From a virus (Duplodnaviria > Caudoviricetes): a stretch of 64,000 bases of DNA. The stretch spans positions 1-64,000 of the IMG/VR virus record IMGVR_UViG_2808606532_000002, one strand, 5' to 3'. Under the pieces are notes generated by a model. That model saw only the letters and a program-made list of their open reading frames with translations. It searched no databases and had not been told where the DNA came from. The position numbers were made by a program, and so were the translations under genes. Every line of letters starts with the position of its first letter. Within the stretch, counting starts at the first letter, position 1. Positions 20,476 through 29,368 of this stretch are shown here, one piece after another.

Positions 20476-20665
20476 GGAAAGGGATGAACCGAAGTCCGCC
20501 CCTTTTGGTTGGTTGCCTATCTTGCGATAGGGGTATCTGCAGTCAGCAAGCAGATAATGATTAAAATCAGTAGTATTTTAAACCATTTCACACATAATCA
20601 CCTCCTTAGATCAGTAAGATTCGGAGGATGTAGCTAACCCGAGTGCCAGTCGGGTTAACTACAAC
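20476..20665 (+). ncRNA. Putative Sib-like antisense antitoxin RNA
   Basis: TTGAAA(20444)-17-TACAAT(20467) promoter facing the peptide ORF; hairpins at 20478-20506 and 20631-20661; 3' end uncertain. Confidence 0.55.
20517..20591 (-). CDS. Ibs-like type I toxin peptide MKWFKILLILIIICLLTADTPIAR
   Basis: AAGGAGGT RBS before GTG; TTGAGG-17-TATACT promoter (20708-20713 / 20685-20690); 24-aa hydrophobic peptide. Confidence 0.7.
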   Translation of the reverse strand: MKWFKILLILIIICLLTADTPIAR

Positions 20666-20753
20666 ACCCGACCAACCGTTTAGTAGTATAACAAAAGCCG
20701 CCTAGTACCTCAATGTACGGGCGGTTTTGCTTTTATAGGCTATCTTTCTGTAC

Positions 20754-20772
20754 TGTAAATTCCCTTTTCACA
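20754..20772. promoter_or_regulatory. Putative late-activator site TGT-N13-ACA upstream of FI
   Basis: TGTaaattcccttttcACA. Confidence 0.55.
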
Positions 20773-20859
20773 TCTCCAGCAAATAGACCACACTTTGCGA
20801 ACCTTGCAAAATATCCAAGATTTAACCTAAACCGAAGATTTAACCAAAAGGATCTGATT

Positions 20860-22041
20860 ATGGATTATTTACATGGTGTTCGAGTTATCGAAATTAATGA
20901 AGGTACTCGCACAATCAAAACCGTTGCTACTGCGGTTATTGGAGTCGTTTGTACTGCCAATGATGCCGATGCACAAACATTCCCTCTTAATACACCCGTC
21001 TTACTTACTAATCCTTTAAACGCTATTGGCAAAGCAGGTAAACAAGGTACCTTAGCGAAAACCCTTGAGGCAATTAGTGACCAAGTGAATACCTTGACTG
21101 TTGTTGTGCGCGTGGAGCAAGGCGATGACGAAAGTGATGAAGGTGCACAAACAACAGCGAATATTATCGGTACGGTCACAGAACAAGGGCAATACACTGG
21201 CATGAAAGCCTTATTAGTTGCGCAAAGTAAAGTTGGGGTAAAACCTCGTATTCTGGGCGTGCCTTATCTTGATAACAAAAATGTGGCGACGGAATTAGCT
21301 AGCATAGCGAAAAAACTCAATGCTTTTGCTTATATCTCTGCGCATGGTTGTGCAACTAAAGAACAAGCGGTGCAATATCAAAAAGGGTTTGGGCAACGTG
21401 AAGTCATGGTTATTCATGGAGATTTCTTAGCCTTTGATGTCAATAGCAAACAAGTTAAAGAAGAAAGTGCGGTTGCTCGTGCTTTAGGTTTGCGTGCTTA
21501 TTTAGATAAAACAGTAGGCTGGCATAAAACTATTTCTAACGTGGTTGTCGAAGGGGTTAGCGGTGTAAGTCGTGATATTACCTTTGATATTCAAGATACC
21601 AGTACCGATGCAAACTATCTAAACGAAAATAAAATTACCGTGCCAATTAATTTTAATGGCTATCGTTTATGGGGTTCTCGTACTTGTTCTGATGACCCGT
21701 TATTCCAGTTTGAAAACTATACCCGAACCGCTCAGATTTTGCGTGATACGATTGCAGATGCGCACGCTTGGGCAATTGATAAACCGATGACACCGACATT
21801 AGTCAAAGACATTATCGAAGGGGTAAATGCAAAATTCCGTGAGCTTGTGGCGTTGGGCTATATTGTTGATGCAAATTGTTGGTATGACGCGGAAATCAAT
21901 ACCAAAGATACTTTAAAAGCCGGTAATTTGTATATCGATTATGACTATACGCCTGTGCCGCCTTTAGAAAACTTAAATTTCCGTCAACGTATTACTGACC
22001 GTTATTTAACTGAATTTGCTGCCAAAGTAGCGGCAGCCTAG
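20860..22041 (+). CDS. FI: Tail sheath protein FI
   Basis: MDYLHGVRVIEINEGTR, GVKPRILG, GWHKTISN, LWGSRTCSDDPLF, YDYTPVPPLE (ORF track start 20713 is too early). Confidence 0.95.
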   Translation: MDYLHGVRVIEINEGTRTIKTVATAVIGVVCTANDADAQTFPLNTPVLLTNPLNAIGKAGKQGTLAKTLEAISDQVNTLTVVVRVEQGDDESDEGAQTTANIIGTVTEQGQYTGMKALLVAQSKVGVKPRILGVPYLDNKNVATELASIAKKLNAFAYISAHGCATKEQAVQYQKGFGQREVMVIHGDFLAFDVNSKQVKEESAVARALGLRAYLDKTVGWHKTISNVVVEGVSGVSRDITFDIQDTSTDANYLNENKITVPINFNGYRLWGSRTCSDDPLFQFENYTRTAQILRDTIADAHAWAIDKPMTPTLVKDIIEGVNAKFRELVALGYIVDANCWYDAEINTKDTLKAGNLYIDYDYTPVPPLENLNFRQRITDRYLTEFAAKVAAA

Positions 22042-22051
22042 GAGATAAAAC

Positions 22052-22190
22052 ATGTCTTTACCGAATAAATTAAAATTGATGCATTTACATCAAGATGGCC
22101 ACAGTTATTTAGGGCAAGTTAACGAGGTTACTCGCCCGAAACTTGCGATTAAAGCTGAAAGTTATCGTGCTGGCGATATGTTAGGCGGAA
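22052..22190 (+). pseudogene. FII: Tail tube protein FII, truncated after ~46 codons
   Basis: MSLPNKLKLMHL...YLGQV...PKL...YRAGDMLGG is the FII N-terminus; similarity stops abruptly. Confidence 0.88.
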
Positions 22191-22235
22191 CCGCCCTTCA
22201 ATTCAATCTAAAGAGCGACTTGTTTTGTTATTCAT

Positions 22236-22499
22236 CTAGGATATCTTAGAAAACTCAGGCGGATATTGTCGTCTTTTTACTTCGCTTTCATAGGCTGTTT
22301 CACAATGTTTTTTATCAAAAAACAAACCATTGACAAGATGAAACCAAAATCGCCAACGCTTTTTAGGCTGTTTGGCTAAAACTGCACCACGATAGCAACG
22401 GCTTGAAAAGGTTTCATCTGCGGCACCGCCAGCGACTGCATTTAAAAATTGGTCAAGTCCCACAAAAACATGGTAAAAATAATTTTTTAATTTCTCCAT
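22236..22499 (-). CDS. Conserved small phage protein, paralogue of 20181..20447
   Basis: Near-identical translation. Confidence 0.75.
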   Translation of the reverse strand: MEKLKNYFYHVFVGLDQFLNAVAGGAADETFSSRCYRGAVLAKQPKKRWRFWFHLVNGLFFDKKHCETAYESEVKRRQYPPEFSKIS

Positions 22500-22659
22500 T
22501 ATTTACCCTCCTCATAAATTTCCGCCCAACCGCTTGAATAATCATATTCCAGCGGATTTTCTACGCTCATCATCGCCATTCTGTGCTTTTCTGCGTTGAT
22601 ATGGTCGGCATTTTCGGTGACAACCATTTGCAAGAAGATTTCATCAAGCAAAGTGCGGT
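22245..22659 (-). repeat. Long inverted repeat B, copy 2
   Basis: Reverse complement of 20021..20435. Confidence 0.93.
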
Positions 22660-23122
22660 TCATTTTGACGAAAGAATTATCTGCACATTTCCAATCAATC
22701 TCGCCTAGCTTGTCAATGACCTTATCTAAGCCTAGGTATTTTGTTTTCTCTTCTTCGCCTGTCTGAAACCATTTTCCGACCCGTGCGATATAAACCCCGC
22801 CTAAGCCATTTTCATAGCGTTTTCGTTTTATTAGTTCCCAAACTTGCGCCTGTTGGTCGGTTTTGAGTTGGGCTTGATGCTCTTTTGAAATCACCCATTG
22901 CCCATTCTCAAAATGATGTAAAGGGCTAGGCTGCGGTTCAGCAAGTTGCGGATAGCCTTTTTCGTCCGTGACGATTTGTTTGCCTTCTGATTGTCCTTCC
23001 AATAAAGTGCGGTATAAATCTTCGGAGATTTCCACCGCATTTTCGGGAATTTGCTCGTGAATATCGCTGATATAAAATCCGTCTTTAAAATAAATTGTCA
23101 TCTCATCGCTCCCTATTTCCAT
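22499..23122 (-). CDS. Tail fibre assembly protein (DUF4376-like C-terminus)
   Basis: GFY...IPENAVEISED...GKQIVTDEKGYP N-terminus; C-terminus shared with 19585..20181. Confidence 0.82.
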   Translation of the reverse strand: MEIGSDEMTIYFKDGFYISDIHEQIPENAVEISEDLYRTLLEGQSEGKQIVTDEKGYPQLAEPQPSPLHHFENGQWVISKEHQAQLKTDQQAQVWELIKRKRYENGLGGVYIARVGKWFQTGEEEKTKYLGLDKVIDKLGEIDWKCADNSFVKMNRTLLDEIFLQMVVTENADHINAEKHRMAMMSVENPLEYDYSSGWAEIYEEGK

Positions 23123-25140
23123 CTACCAATTCCAATAATATTTACTTGTAGATTATTGGTGTTATATGAACCTTCGAAAAGCCAATATTTCACTTTTGCA
23201 TTAGTAGTCCCACTTTTATTAAAAGTAATCCAGCAATCCCTAACTTCATCTAATTCTGAATGTACAGTTCCACTTAATACTGGAGTAGAGACAAATGTTT
23301 GTGCCCAATTAAAAGTAAATCCCAAAACATTATTATTATGATTTGCTACTTGATTGCTTCTATAAGTTTGAATCATCGTCCCATCTGGGAACTTATAGAT
23401 TTCAAAATTAGCTATTTTTTGATAACTGAACGCTGCATTTATTAATTGATTTGTAGTTTGATTAAAGTTTGTGATTTGACTCGTGGTATGGGTATGATTT
23501 GCATCAGCTTTACCTTGCAACTCTTGTGCTAATCGACTTGCATCTAATTCCCCAACATTTGCCACTTCGCCAAAAGCCTTAATCCAGAACTTAACATCAT
23601 CAAAGGTATTTTTTGCCTTTATACATAGTTTAAAAGCAATGGATTTAGGGCGTGCAACCCCCACCAAATGACCTGTTGAGTTCGGGTTTTGTGCCGCTGG
23701 GGATAAGTCTTCATTTTTATTTTTTGGTACCCACTCACCCTGTGCCCAGCCTAAGCCCGCATCATAAGATGACATTTCGTTTGCATTGATAATATCCAAT
23801 CCGACTTTATTTGCGGTCTCTGCATAGCTAGCACCTATTGTTTTAACATAAGGCGAAAAAGGCGCACCGCCATCGGTTGAGTCTGCGGCAATTAATGAGC
23901 CTGTTTGCTTCTGCCCAACCGCTAAACTGCCATGCGCATTACGAATAAATCTATCCTCAGCCAACGGGACATTATTAATTGAGCCGTATTTATCCACTAA
24001 ATGCTGATAAAGCTCTGGATAATTTTGTTGTGTGACCGTGGTGCGAATGCTATCAAAGTCAATCCAACCATCAGGGATATTATCCGTTGGAAAATACGCC
24101 AACATCCCCACATCTGACCGCTTGATATTAGACACTTTGTTTTTATTGCCTAAAGTGCGGTATAAATCGGGATAGGTTTGTGGATTAAATGTTAAATCCT
24201 CTACTAACAAAAATCCTTGTGGATTAGTTACCTCTTTGGGGAATGCTACAATAGCCCCAATAGGTATGCCATCACCGCCTGTATCTTTCCAAGAGGTCCA
24301 ACTTGAGCCATTAAAAAAGCGGGTTTTGATTTTTGTGTCATTAGCTTTTCTGGCGATTTGTCGCACGGCATTAGCCTGTCCACCGCTTACCACTTCAATA
24401 TGCCAAGCATTGCTATCTGGCAAATTTTGACCGCTAGCAAAATAATAATTACCGTCCGTTTTATAGTCATTGGCATTGCCTGTACCTTGTTCAATTTTAA
24501 AGTTAGTAATGCCGTAGCCAGCTAATGTATCTGCTGGGGATTGTTTGCTTTCGGCAATATCTTTAACCTCTTTGACGGCTTTTGATGTAGCGACTGTATC
24601 GGAGCTATTGCTATCGGTTGCGTCGGATTTTTTGCTATTAGGAATGCGGTCATTAAGGCTACGAGAGTTGCTATCTATTAAGGCTTTTAATAAATAAGCT
24701 GTTTTAGGCGTTAAAGCTAAATCTTCTCTCTGGCTGTCATAGCCTGTGTAAAGTTGTGCTAAGCCTTTTTGTGATAAGGTGGCGTACGGAATTTCGTCTA
24801 ATGCAAAGCCCCAACGAACCCAATAAGCAGAATCAGGAGTATCTGGTTGATGATTGGTGTTTTGTTGCAAACTGCGGTAGGTTTTACCGTTATATTGCAC
24901 ATAAGCACCTTGTGGGTATTCTAATGTTGATGACCATTCTGCTAGACCTCGTTGAGCAAGGTAAAGCATGTGTTCATCAATGCGTTTGAATAATCCGTTG
25001 AACCATTCCATCGGAGGAATGCCTGCGGTTTGCTCAAAGCTAATCCCCCAACCTCTGGCAATATTGGGGAAATTTTCGGTTTCTCTTGGTTTTGCTTGGC
25101 TAGCAAAGACCTTTTCATCTAATTTGTTGTAAACTGTCAT
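23113..25140 (-). CDS. Tail fibre protein
   Basis: PPMEWFN baseplate-anchor N-terminus, shared mid-section, distinct tip (FPDGTMIQ...IGIGRWK). Confidence 0.9.
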   Translation of the reverse strand: MTVYNKLDEKVFASQAKPRETENFPNIARGWGISFEQTAGIPPMEWFNGLFKRIDEHMLYLAQRGLAEWSSTLEYPQGAYVQYNGKTYRSLQQNTNHQPDTPDSAYWVRWGFALDEIPYATLSQKGLAQLYTGYDSQREDLALTPKTAYLLKALIDSNSRSLNDRIPNSKKSDATDSNSSDTVATSKAVKEVKDIAESKQSPADTLAGYGITNFKIEQGTGNANDYKTDGNYYFASGQNLPDSNAWHIEVVSGGQANAVRQIARKANDTKIKTRFFNGSSWTSWKDTGGDGIPIGAIVAFPKEVTNPQGFLLVEDLTFNPQTYPDLYRTLGNKNKVSNIKRSDVGMLAYFPTDNIPDGWIDFDSIRTTVTQQNYPELYQHLVDKYGSINNVPLAEDRFIRNAHGSLAVGQKQTGSLIAADSTDGGAPFSPYVKTIGASYAETANKVGLDIINANEMSSYDAGLGWAQGEWVPKNKNEDLSPAAQNPNSTGHLVGVARPKSIAFKLCIKAKNTFDDVKFWIKAFGEVANVGELDASRLAQELQGKADANHTHTTSQITNFNQTTNQLINAAFSYQKIANFEIYKFPDGTMIQTYRSNQVANHNNNVLGFTFNWAQTFVSTPVLSGTVHSELDEVRDCWITFNKSGTTNAKVKYWLFEGSYNTNNLQVNIIGIGRWK
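23942..24646 (-). repeat. Long inverted repeat A, copy 2
   Basis: Reverse complement of 18052..18756. Confidence 0.93.
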
Positions 25141-25149
25141 AAAGATACC

Positions 25150-25725
25150 TTATTGAATTTCATAGTGGATTTTAACCCCAGCTTGATGGGGTAAAATATC
25201 GAGGTGATCGACCGCAAACTGCTTGAATTGCGTGATATGTTTTCGTGGGATTTGTACAGTAACGGTCATATTGTAGTTATCAATAACAATGCTCTCGTTG
25301 CCAAAAATAAAATGGCACGCTTCAATGATGTTATCTAGCGTGCCCGTTTGGTAGTTTTTTAAAATTCGGCATTTAATCAGAAAGCGATAATCTTCATCAC
25401 TTAATCTTACCGAGTCAGAAAGCGGATCGCGTTTTCGATACCATTCTCCGCCACCTTTTCGCTGTTTGCCAAAACTGAGGGTGTGCGGAGAACCTCTAAA
25501 TCCGAAAAATTTACGCAGTTGGTAGCCGTTGATTACCCTGAATTGCCCTACATGCTTACCAACAAGATCGAGTTGATGTCCTGTTGCCTGATCAATATTA
25601 AGTACGTTCTGCAGGTGATATAAATCAATAAACCCCTGCGTGAGAACTCGCTCAATGAGTTGGCAAGTGGATAAGGCTTTGGGCTTGTGTCGATATTGCC
25701 AAATTAATAAATCTGCATATGCCAT
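25150..25725 (-). CDS. Baseplate protein (DUF2612-like)
   Basis: LIWQYRHKPKA, GHQLDLVGKHVG, LSDEDYRFLIK, DNYNMTV. Confidence 0.82.
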   Translation of the reverse strand: MAYADLLIWQYRHKPKALSTCQLIERVLTQGFIDLYHLQNVLNIDQATGHQLDLVGKHVGQFRVINGYQLRKFFGFRGSPHTLSFGKQRKGGGEWYRKRDPLSDSVRLSDEDYRFLIKCRILKNYQTGTLDNIIEACHFIFGNESIVIDNYNMTVTVQIPRKHITQFKQFAVDHLDILPHQAGVKIHYEIQ

Positions 25726-26870
25726 TATTCCACCTCGATGTGAATATCACCGTTTAAAATCCGAGCTAGTTCTCTAGGCTGAATAGGAATATTAGCCGCT
25801 TGGCGAGATTGTCCTTTTTTAGCGATTTTTAAGGTTTTTACCCAGAACCCACCAACCGTATTAATCGGGGAATAAAGCCTTGAAAGTGAAATGAACTGAC
25901 CGATTTTGAATTGAAGTGCGGTTAAAATTCGCTTGATTTCGTCTTTATCTATTTCGGTAAAATCTTCGTATCGAACGAGGGTCATTTCAATCTCTACATC
26001 GACAGGTGTAGGGCGGTCAAAACGGATTTCTCTTTGTCTGCCAAATCGATTTAAGATAACAGTCTGCCGACCTTGCAAGCCCACACCCGCTCCTTTGTTG
26101 TTGTAAATCATCTGAGCGATTTGATTATCATCACCGCCATCAACAATAACATTTAAGCTATGTGCTTCAACGCCAAACTTATCTGTTTTGTTTGTATTAT
26201 TTTCTAGCACGACAACTTGTTTTACATCGGCAAGATCGCTGATTTCGCCTTCGATAGCTTCTGCTGAGTTTTTGGCATTTTTCGCTCGGCTTTTAACAAA
26301 ACGCTGTCTTAATTCAATATCAGTTTCTTCTTCTGTGCCAAGTTCAGATTGCGTGCTTGTTGTGGCATTATTTAAACCTAGTGTCACTGTTTCGATATTA
26401 AGCTGAGTAGATGATTGAACGGGGTATGCACCTAATAATTCACTTCTGAAATCTGCTCGCGCAGAGCCACTTTCATTGAGTTGAGTAGGGCGGATTAACT
26501 GCCATCTGATTTTATTAGGGTCAGATAAGGTAAGTTGATGAATTTCGGTGTGTGGATCTCCCGTTAAAATAACCGACCTTAAATAACTGTAGCTGGCTTG
26601 GCGGCGAATAAGTCCAGCATAGGCGACACGCTGCTCTAGCCAAGCTCCCGTGGCTAAATCAGGATCTAATTGCTTGTAAACCATCTCTGCCAACTCTTCG
26701 TAATCGGCTCGGATTTGAGCGATTAGCCCTATCATCTGCCCATCAGGGGTATCAGGGGCAATATTAATATTTTGTCCGTAGATTTTTTTAAAGCCTTGTT
26801 CCAAGGTTAAAACAATCTGATCTAAACGTTCGATAATAATGCCATTATCGGTTAGGGTTGCCATTATCAC
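25725..26870 (-). CDS. Baseplate J-like protein
   Basis: TPDGQMIG, DPDLATG, GTEEETDIELRQR. Confidence 0.88.
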   Translation of the reverse strand: MIMATLTDNGIIIERLDQIVLTLEQGFKKIYGQNINIAPDTPDGQMIGLIAQIRADYEELAEMVYKQLDPDLATGAWLEQRVAYAGLIRRQASYSYLRSVILTGDPHTEIHQLTLSDPNKIRWQLIRPTQLNESGSARADFRSELLGAYPVQSSTQLNIETVTLGLNNATTSTQSELGTEEETDIELRQRFVKSRAKNAKNSAEAIEGEISDLADVKQVVVLENNTNKTDKFGVEAHSLNVIVDGGDDNQIAQMIYNNKGAGVGLQGRQTVILNRFGRQREIRFDRPTPVDVEIEMTLVRYEDFTEIDKDEIKRILTALQFKIGQFISLSRLYSPINTVGGFWVKTLKIAKKGQSRQAANIPIQPRELARILNGDIHIEVE

Positions 26871-27222
26871 CTCCTATATAGCGACCTTGATGCATATTTT
26901 GGTAAATATCCTCATACTCAATTTGAATGTTCAGCTGTCGAGTATTTGGATCTAAAAAGGCGTGGTAATTTGTTATTTTCACCACGCCTTCAGTCTCTAA
27001 AACTTGCCGCTTAATTCGTATTTCAAGTTGTTCTAAATCCCCATTTCGCCCCATCTCTTCCAGCCAAGGCAAGCCATGCTCTAAATTTAAAAACCAGTCT
27101 TTTTCAAAAGACCAGAGTCTTGTTTGTACATTCTGAGCGATAGCTTCAGACTCGGTAGCATAACTGTTAAAACCTTGCCCGAATGTCCAGTCGTGATTTT
27201 TGTCTAAGCGTCTTACTTTCAT
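26845..27222 (-). CDS. Baseplate wedge subunit
   Basis: RRLDKNHDWTFGQG, AQNVQTRL, WFLNLEHGLPW; synteny. Confidence 0.75.
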   Translation of the reverse strand: MKVRRLDKNHDWTFGQGFNSYATESEAIAQNVQTRLWSFEKDWFLNLEHGLPWLEEMGRNGDLEQLEIRIKRQVLETEGVVKITNYHAFLDPNTRQLNIQIEYEDIYQNMHQGRYIGGDNGNPNR

Positions 27223-27235
27223 TTTTCACCTCAAA

Positions 27236-27865
27236 TTAGGAAGGTTTAGAGCTGCTACCATGGACGTGGTTTTTACCTGAAATACCAGCGGATAGCACAT
27301 CAGTGCTACTTGAGATTGTTCCTGTTGCACTAATCTCACCTTGTTGTGTGGTATTGCCTTGAATATCTATATCTCCTTTGATAAAAATACCGCTCTTTGT
27401 AAGGCGAATATAAATACTGCCATCTAAGGTTTGCAGAGATAGCCCATCAGCAAAAAAGTCTTTTATTACTTGAGGAACCGAGCAAATACCCGGAACAAAC
27501 ATCGCATCAGATAAATCATGAAAACGATAATCTAACGGCTCTTTTGCATCGCCTGATTGCCACCAACCGTCAATACAACGCTCAGAAAAAATAGCCATAC
27601 CTTCATCACCAGCTTTCAGCGGAAAAGTCACTGCAAAACCGCCACCACGAGAAAAGCTGACAGGCACATCAACTAAGGGCGGAATTTGCAGGGTTTTGCC
27701 TTCTGATAGAATTTGTTTGACTTGCAATGCCAGTACGACAGTTTGATTTTGAGAATTAAAGCTCACGACTTTTGCGGGCAAGGCAGTATGAATATTTTTT
27801 TGCAGTTGCAAAATTTGCTGATCTACTGAGGTTTCTGCACTTGCAGTATGAAGATCATAGTTCAT
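27236..27865 (-). CDS. Baseplate central spike (Gp138-like)
   Basis: HTALPAKV, GDEG...FSERCIDGW, RFHDLSDA, C-terminal HVH. Confidence 0.85.
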   Translation of the reverse strand: MNYDLHTASAETSVDQQILQLQKNIHTALPAKVVSFNSQNQTVVLALQVKQILSEGKTLQIPPLVDVPVSFSRGGGFAVTFPLKAGDEGMAIFSERCIDGWWQSGDAKEPLDYRFHDLSDAMFVPGICSVPQVIKDFFADGLSLQTLDGSIYIRLTKSGIFIKGDIDIQGNTTQQGEISATGTISSSTDVLSAGISGKNHVHGSSSKPS

Positions 27866-28698
27866 TATTTTTCTCCGCTTTTGACTTTTTCAAATTTTCC
27901 GCCCACCACGGTTAGTTTGCTCACCCAGTCACCGCCTAAGCCGTCACCTTGATGAGATAATTTCACGATTTTGTACTGTCCATTAAAGTAGTCCAAAATT
28001 GACCGCACTTCGACTAATCCGCCAATTTGTAAGGCTGGATTAAGCAGACAACTTAATTCTAAGCCGTCATCGGTTTGTTCAGGCGAATTGATCATGCCTG
28101 TTTCTTGTGATAATAAAACCACCTCATCACCTAATACTTTGTCACGAGGTAAAAAGACTAAATTACCATCTTGGATTGACCAATCAGCGTTATTATTCTT
28201 GGCTATTTTGCTGATAATTTCTCTGCTATCGCCATTTAATACTCGCCCTCTAGGTAATTTACGTTTATTAGGCACATCAATAGTTCCCGCCTGAACTGTT
28301 GGCATGGTTTGCTGTAAGGATTTAATAATATCCTCATCTGTCGCACCTGATTTAAGGGTAGTTTGTGCCATAGATTGCGTATAGGCTTGATGTCCGTCTG
28401 AACATTCTAAGAACAAAATAAAATCAAGATTATCTCGCTTAACTTTGACCTTAGTGATTTCGCCTAGATAAATTTGCCGTAAAGTTTGATAACCCACAGA
28501 TAAGGCAATTTTTTTAAAGGATTGGCTTAATAGTTGGTTGATATGATTGCGGTTTAAATTCCAGATCTGGAATGTAGCTGGATTAGGTTTGTCATTAATA
28601 GTTTTGTCAATTTCAAAAGCTACTCTTAGACTATCAATAATCAAGGTTTCGCTATCGTTACTTATGGCAACTTGCCATTGTCGTCCAAATTGTTTCAT
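27865..28698 (-). CDS. Baseplate hub protein
   Basis: PNPATFQIWNL, LPRGRVL, WSIQDG, GMINSP, CLLNP. Confidence 0.78.
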   Translation of the reverse strand: MKQFGRQWQVAISNDSETLIIDSLRVAFEIDKTINDKPNPATFQIWNLNRNHINQLLSQSFKKIALSVGYQTLRQIYLGEITKVKVKRDNLDFILFLECSDGHQAYTQSMAQTTLKSGATDEDIIKSLQQTMPTVQAGTIDVPNKRKLPRGRVLNGDSREIISKIAKNNNADWSIQDGNLVFLPRDKVLGDEVVLLSQETGMINSPEQTDDGLELSCLLNPALQIGGLVEVRSILDYFNGQYKIVKLSHQGDGLGGDWVSKLTVVGGKFEKVKSGEK

Positions 28699-28727
28699 AA
28701 ACTCTTACCTAAAATTAACTTGCTTTT

Positions 28728-28747
28728 TGTAGTGCATAACACTACAA
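28728..28747. promoter_or_regulatory. Palindromic operator upstream of higBA-1
   Basis: TGTAGTGcataaCACTACA. Confidence 0.6.
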
Positions 28748-28774
28748 TAAATTATTATTATCTGAGGGCGATTT

Positions 28775-29053
28775 ATGATTATTTCGTTTAAACATAAAGG
28801 GCTAGAAAAGTTTTATTTAACAGGCAGTAAAGCAGGCATTCAAGCTAATCATGCCGCGAAACTTAGTAGAATTTTAGCTAGATTAGAAGTAGCAAAAATA
28901 CCTCAAGATATGAATATTCCAGGCTGGAATCTTCATTCATTAACAGGCAATCTTGCTCAGCATTGGAGCGTAAAAGTCAACGGAAATTGGCGTGTTACTT
29001 TCAAACTAGAAAATGGCCACGCTGAAATTGTCGATTATCAAGACTATCATTAG
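28775..29053 (+). CDS. higB: HigB (RelE-superfamily) toxin 1
   Basis: MIISFKHKGL...WSVKVNGNWRVTF...DYH. Confidence 0.93.
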   Translation: MIISFKHKGLEKFYLTGSKAGIQANHAAKLSRILARLEVAKIPQDMNIPGWNLHSLTGNLAQHWSVKVNGNWRVTFKLENGHAEIVDYQDYH

Positions 29054-29062
29054 GAGAATATT

Positions 29063-29368
29063 ATGACTATGTTTAACCCTCCTCATCCAGCAGAAATTCT
29101 CAGAGAAGATATTTTGCCAGAATTGGGATTAACAGTTACAGAAGCAGCTAAACAGCTTGGGGTTAACCGTGTTACCTTATCTCGCCTATTAAGCGGAAAA
29201 TCTGCAATTAGTGCTGATATGGCATTGAGATTGCACGCATGGTTAGGCGAAAATAGTCCAACACCTGAAAGCTGGCTGCATCAGCAAGCTAATTATGATT
29301 TATGGATTGCCTCTCAAAAACAGCAATTTAAGATCACACCTACGCAATCATTGAATTATTCTTGCTAA
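29063..29368 (+). CDS. higA: HigA antitoxin 1
   Basis: PPHPAEILRE, HTH, ISADMALRL, WLHQQANYDLW. Confidence 0.93.
   Translation: MTMFNPPHPAEILREDILPELGLTVTEAAKQLGVNRVTLSRLLSGKSAISADMALRLHAWLGENSPTPESWLHQQANYDLWIASQKQQFKITPTQSLNYSC

Larger units (their letters stand above)
1..22190. mobile_element. P2-like prophage late region (defective)
   Basis: Gene order portal-terminase / scaffold-capsid-M-L-X-lysis-R-S-tape measure-V-W-J-I-H-sheath-tube with P2-type protein motifs; several lesions. Confidence 0.95.

Noticed and set aside
20698-20708. CCGCCTAGTAC matching the C4 target region at 62499-62509 (possible cross-talk)
   Set aside because: An 11-bp match is expected by chance in 64 kb, and the partner a-site motif is absent
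22190-22249. C-terminal TALQFNLKSDLFCYSSRIS as part of a real 65-aa protein
   Set aside because: Read-through across the junction after the truncated tail tube gene
18052-24646. Diversity-generating retroelement (TR/VR) explanation for the fibre repeats
   Set aside because: Differences include many C/T synonymous changes and are not adenine-specific; no reverse transcriptase ORF in the window
17387-25140. Gin/Cin-type invertase shufflon
   Set aside because: No serine or tyrosine recombinase ORF and no short crossover sites seen; the repeats are hundreds of bp long
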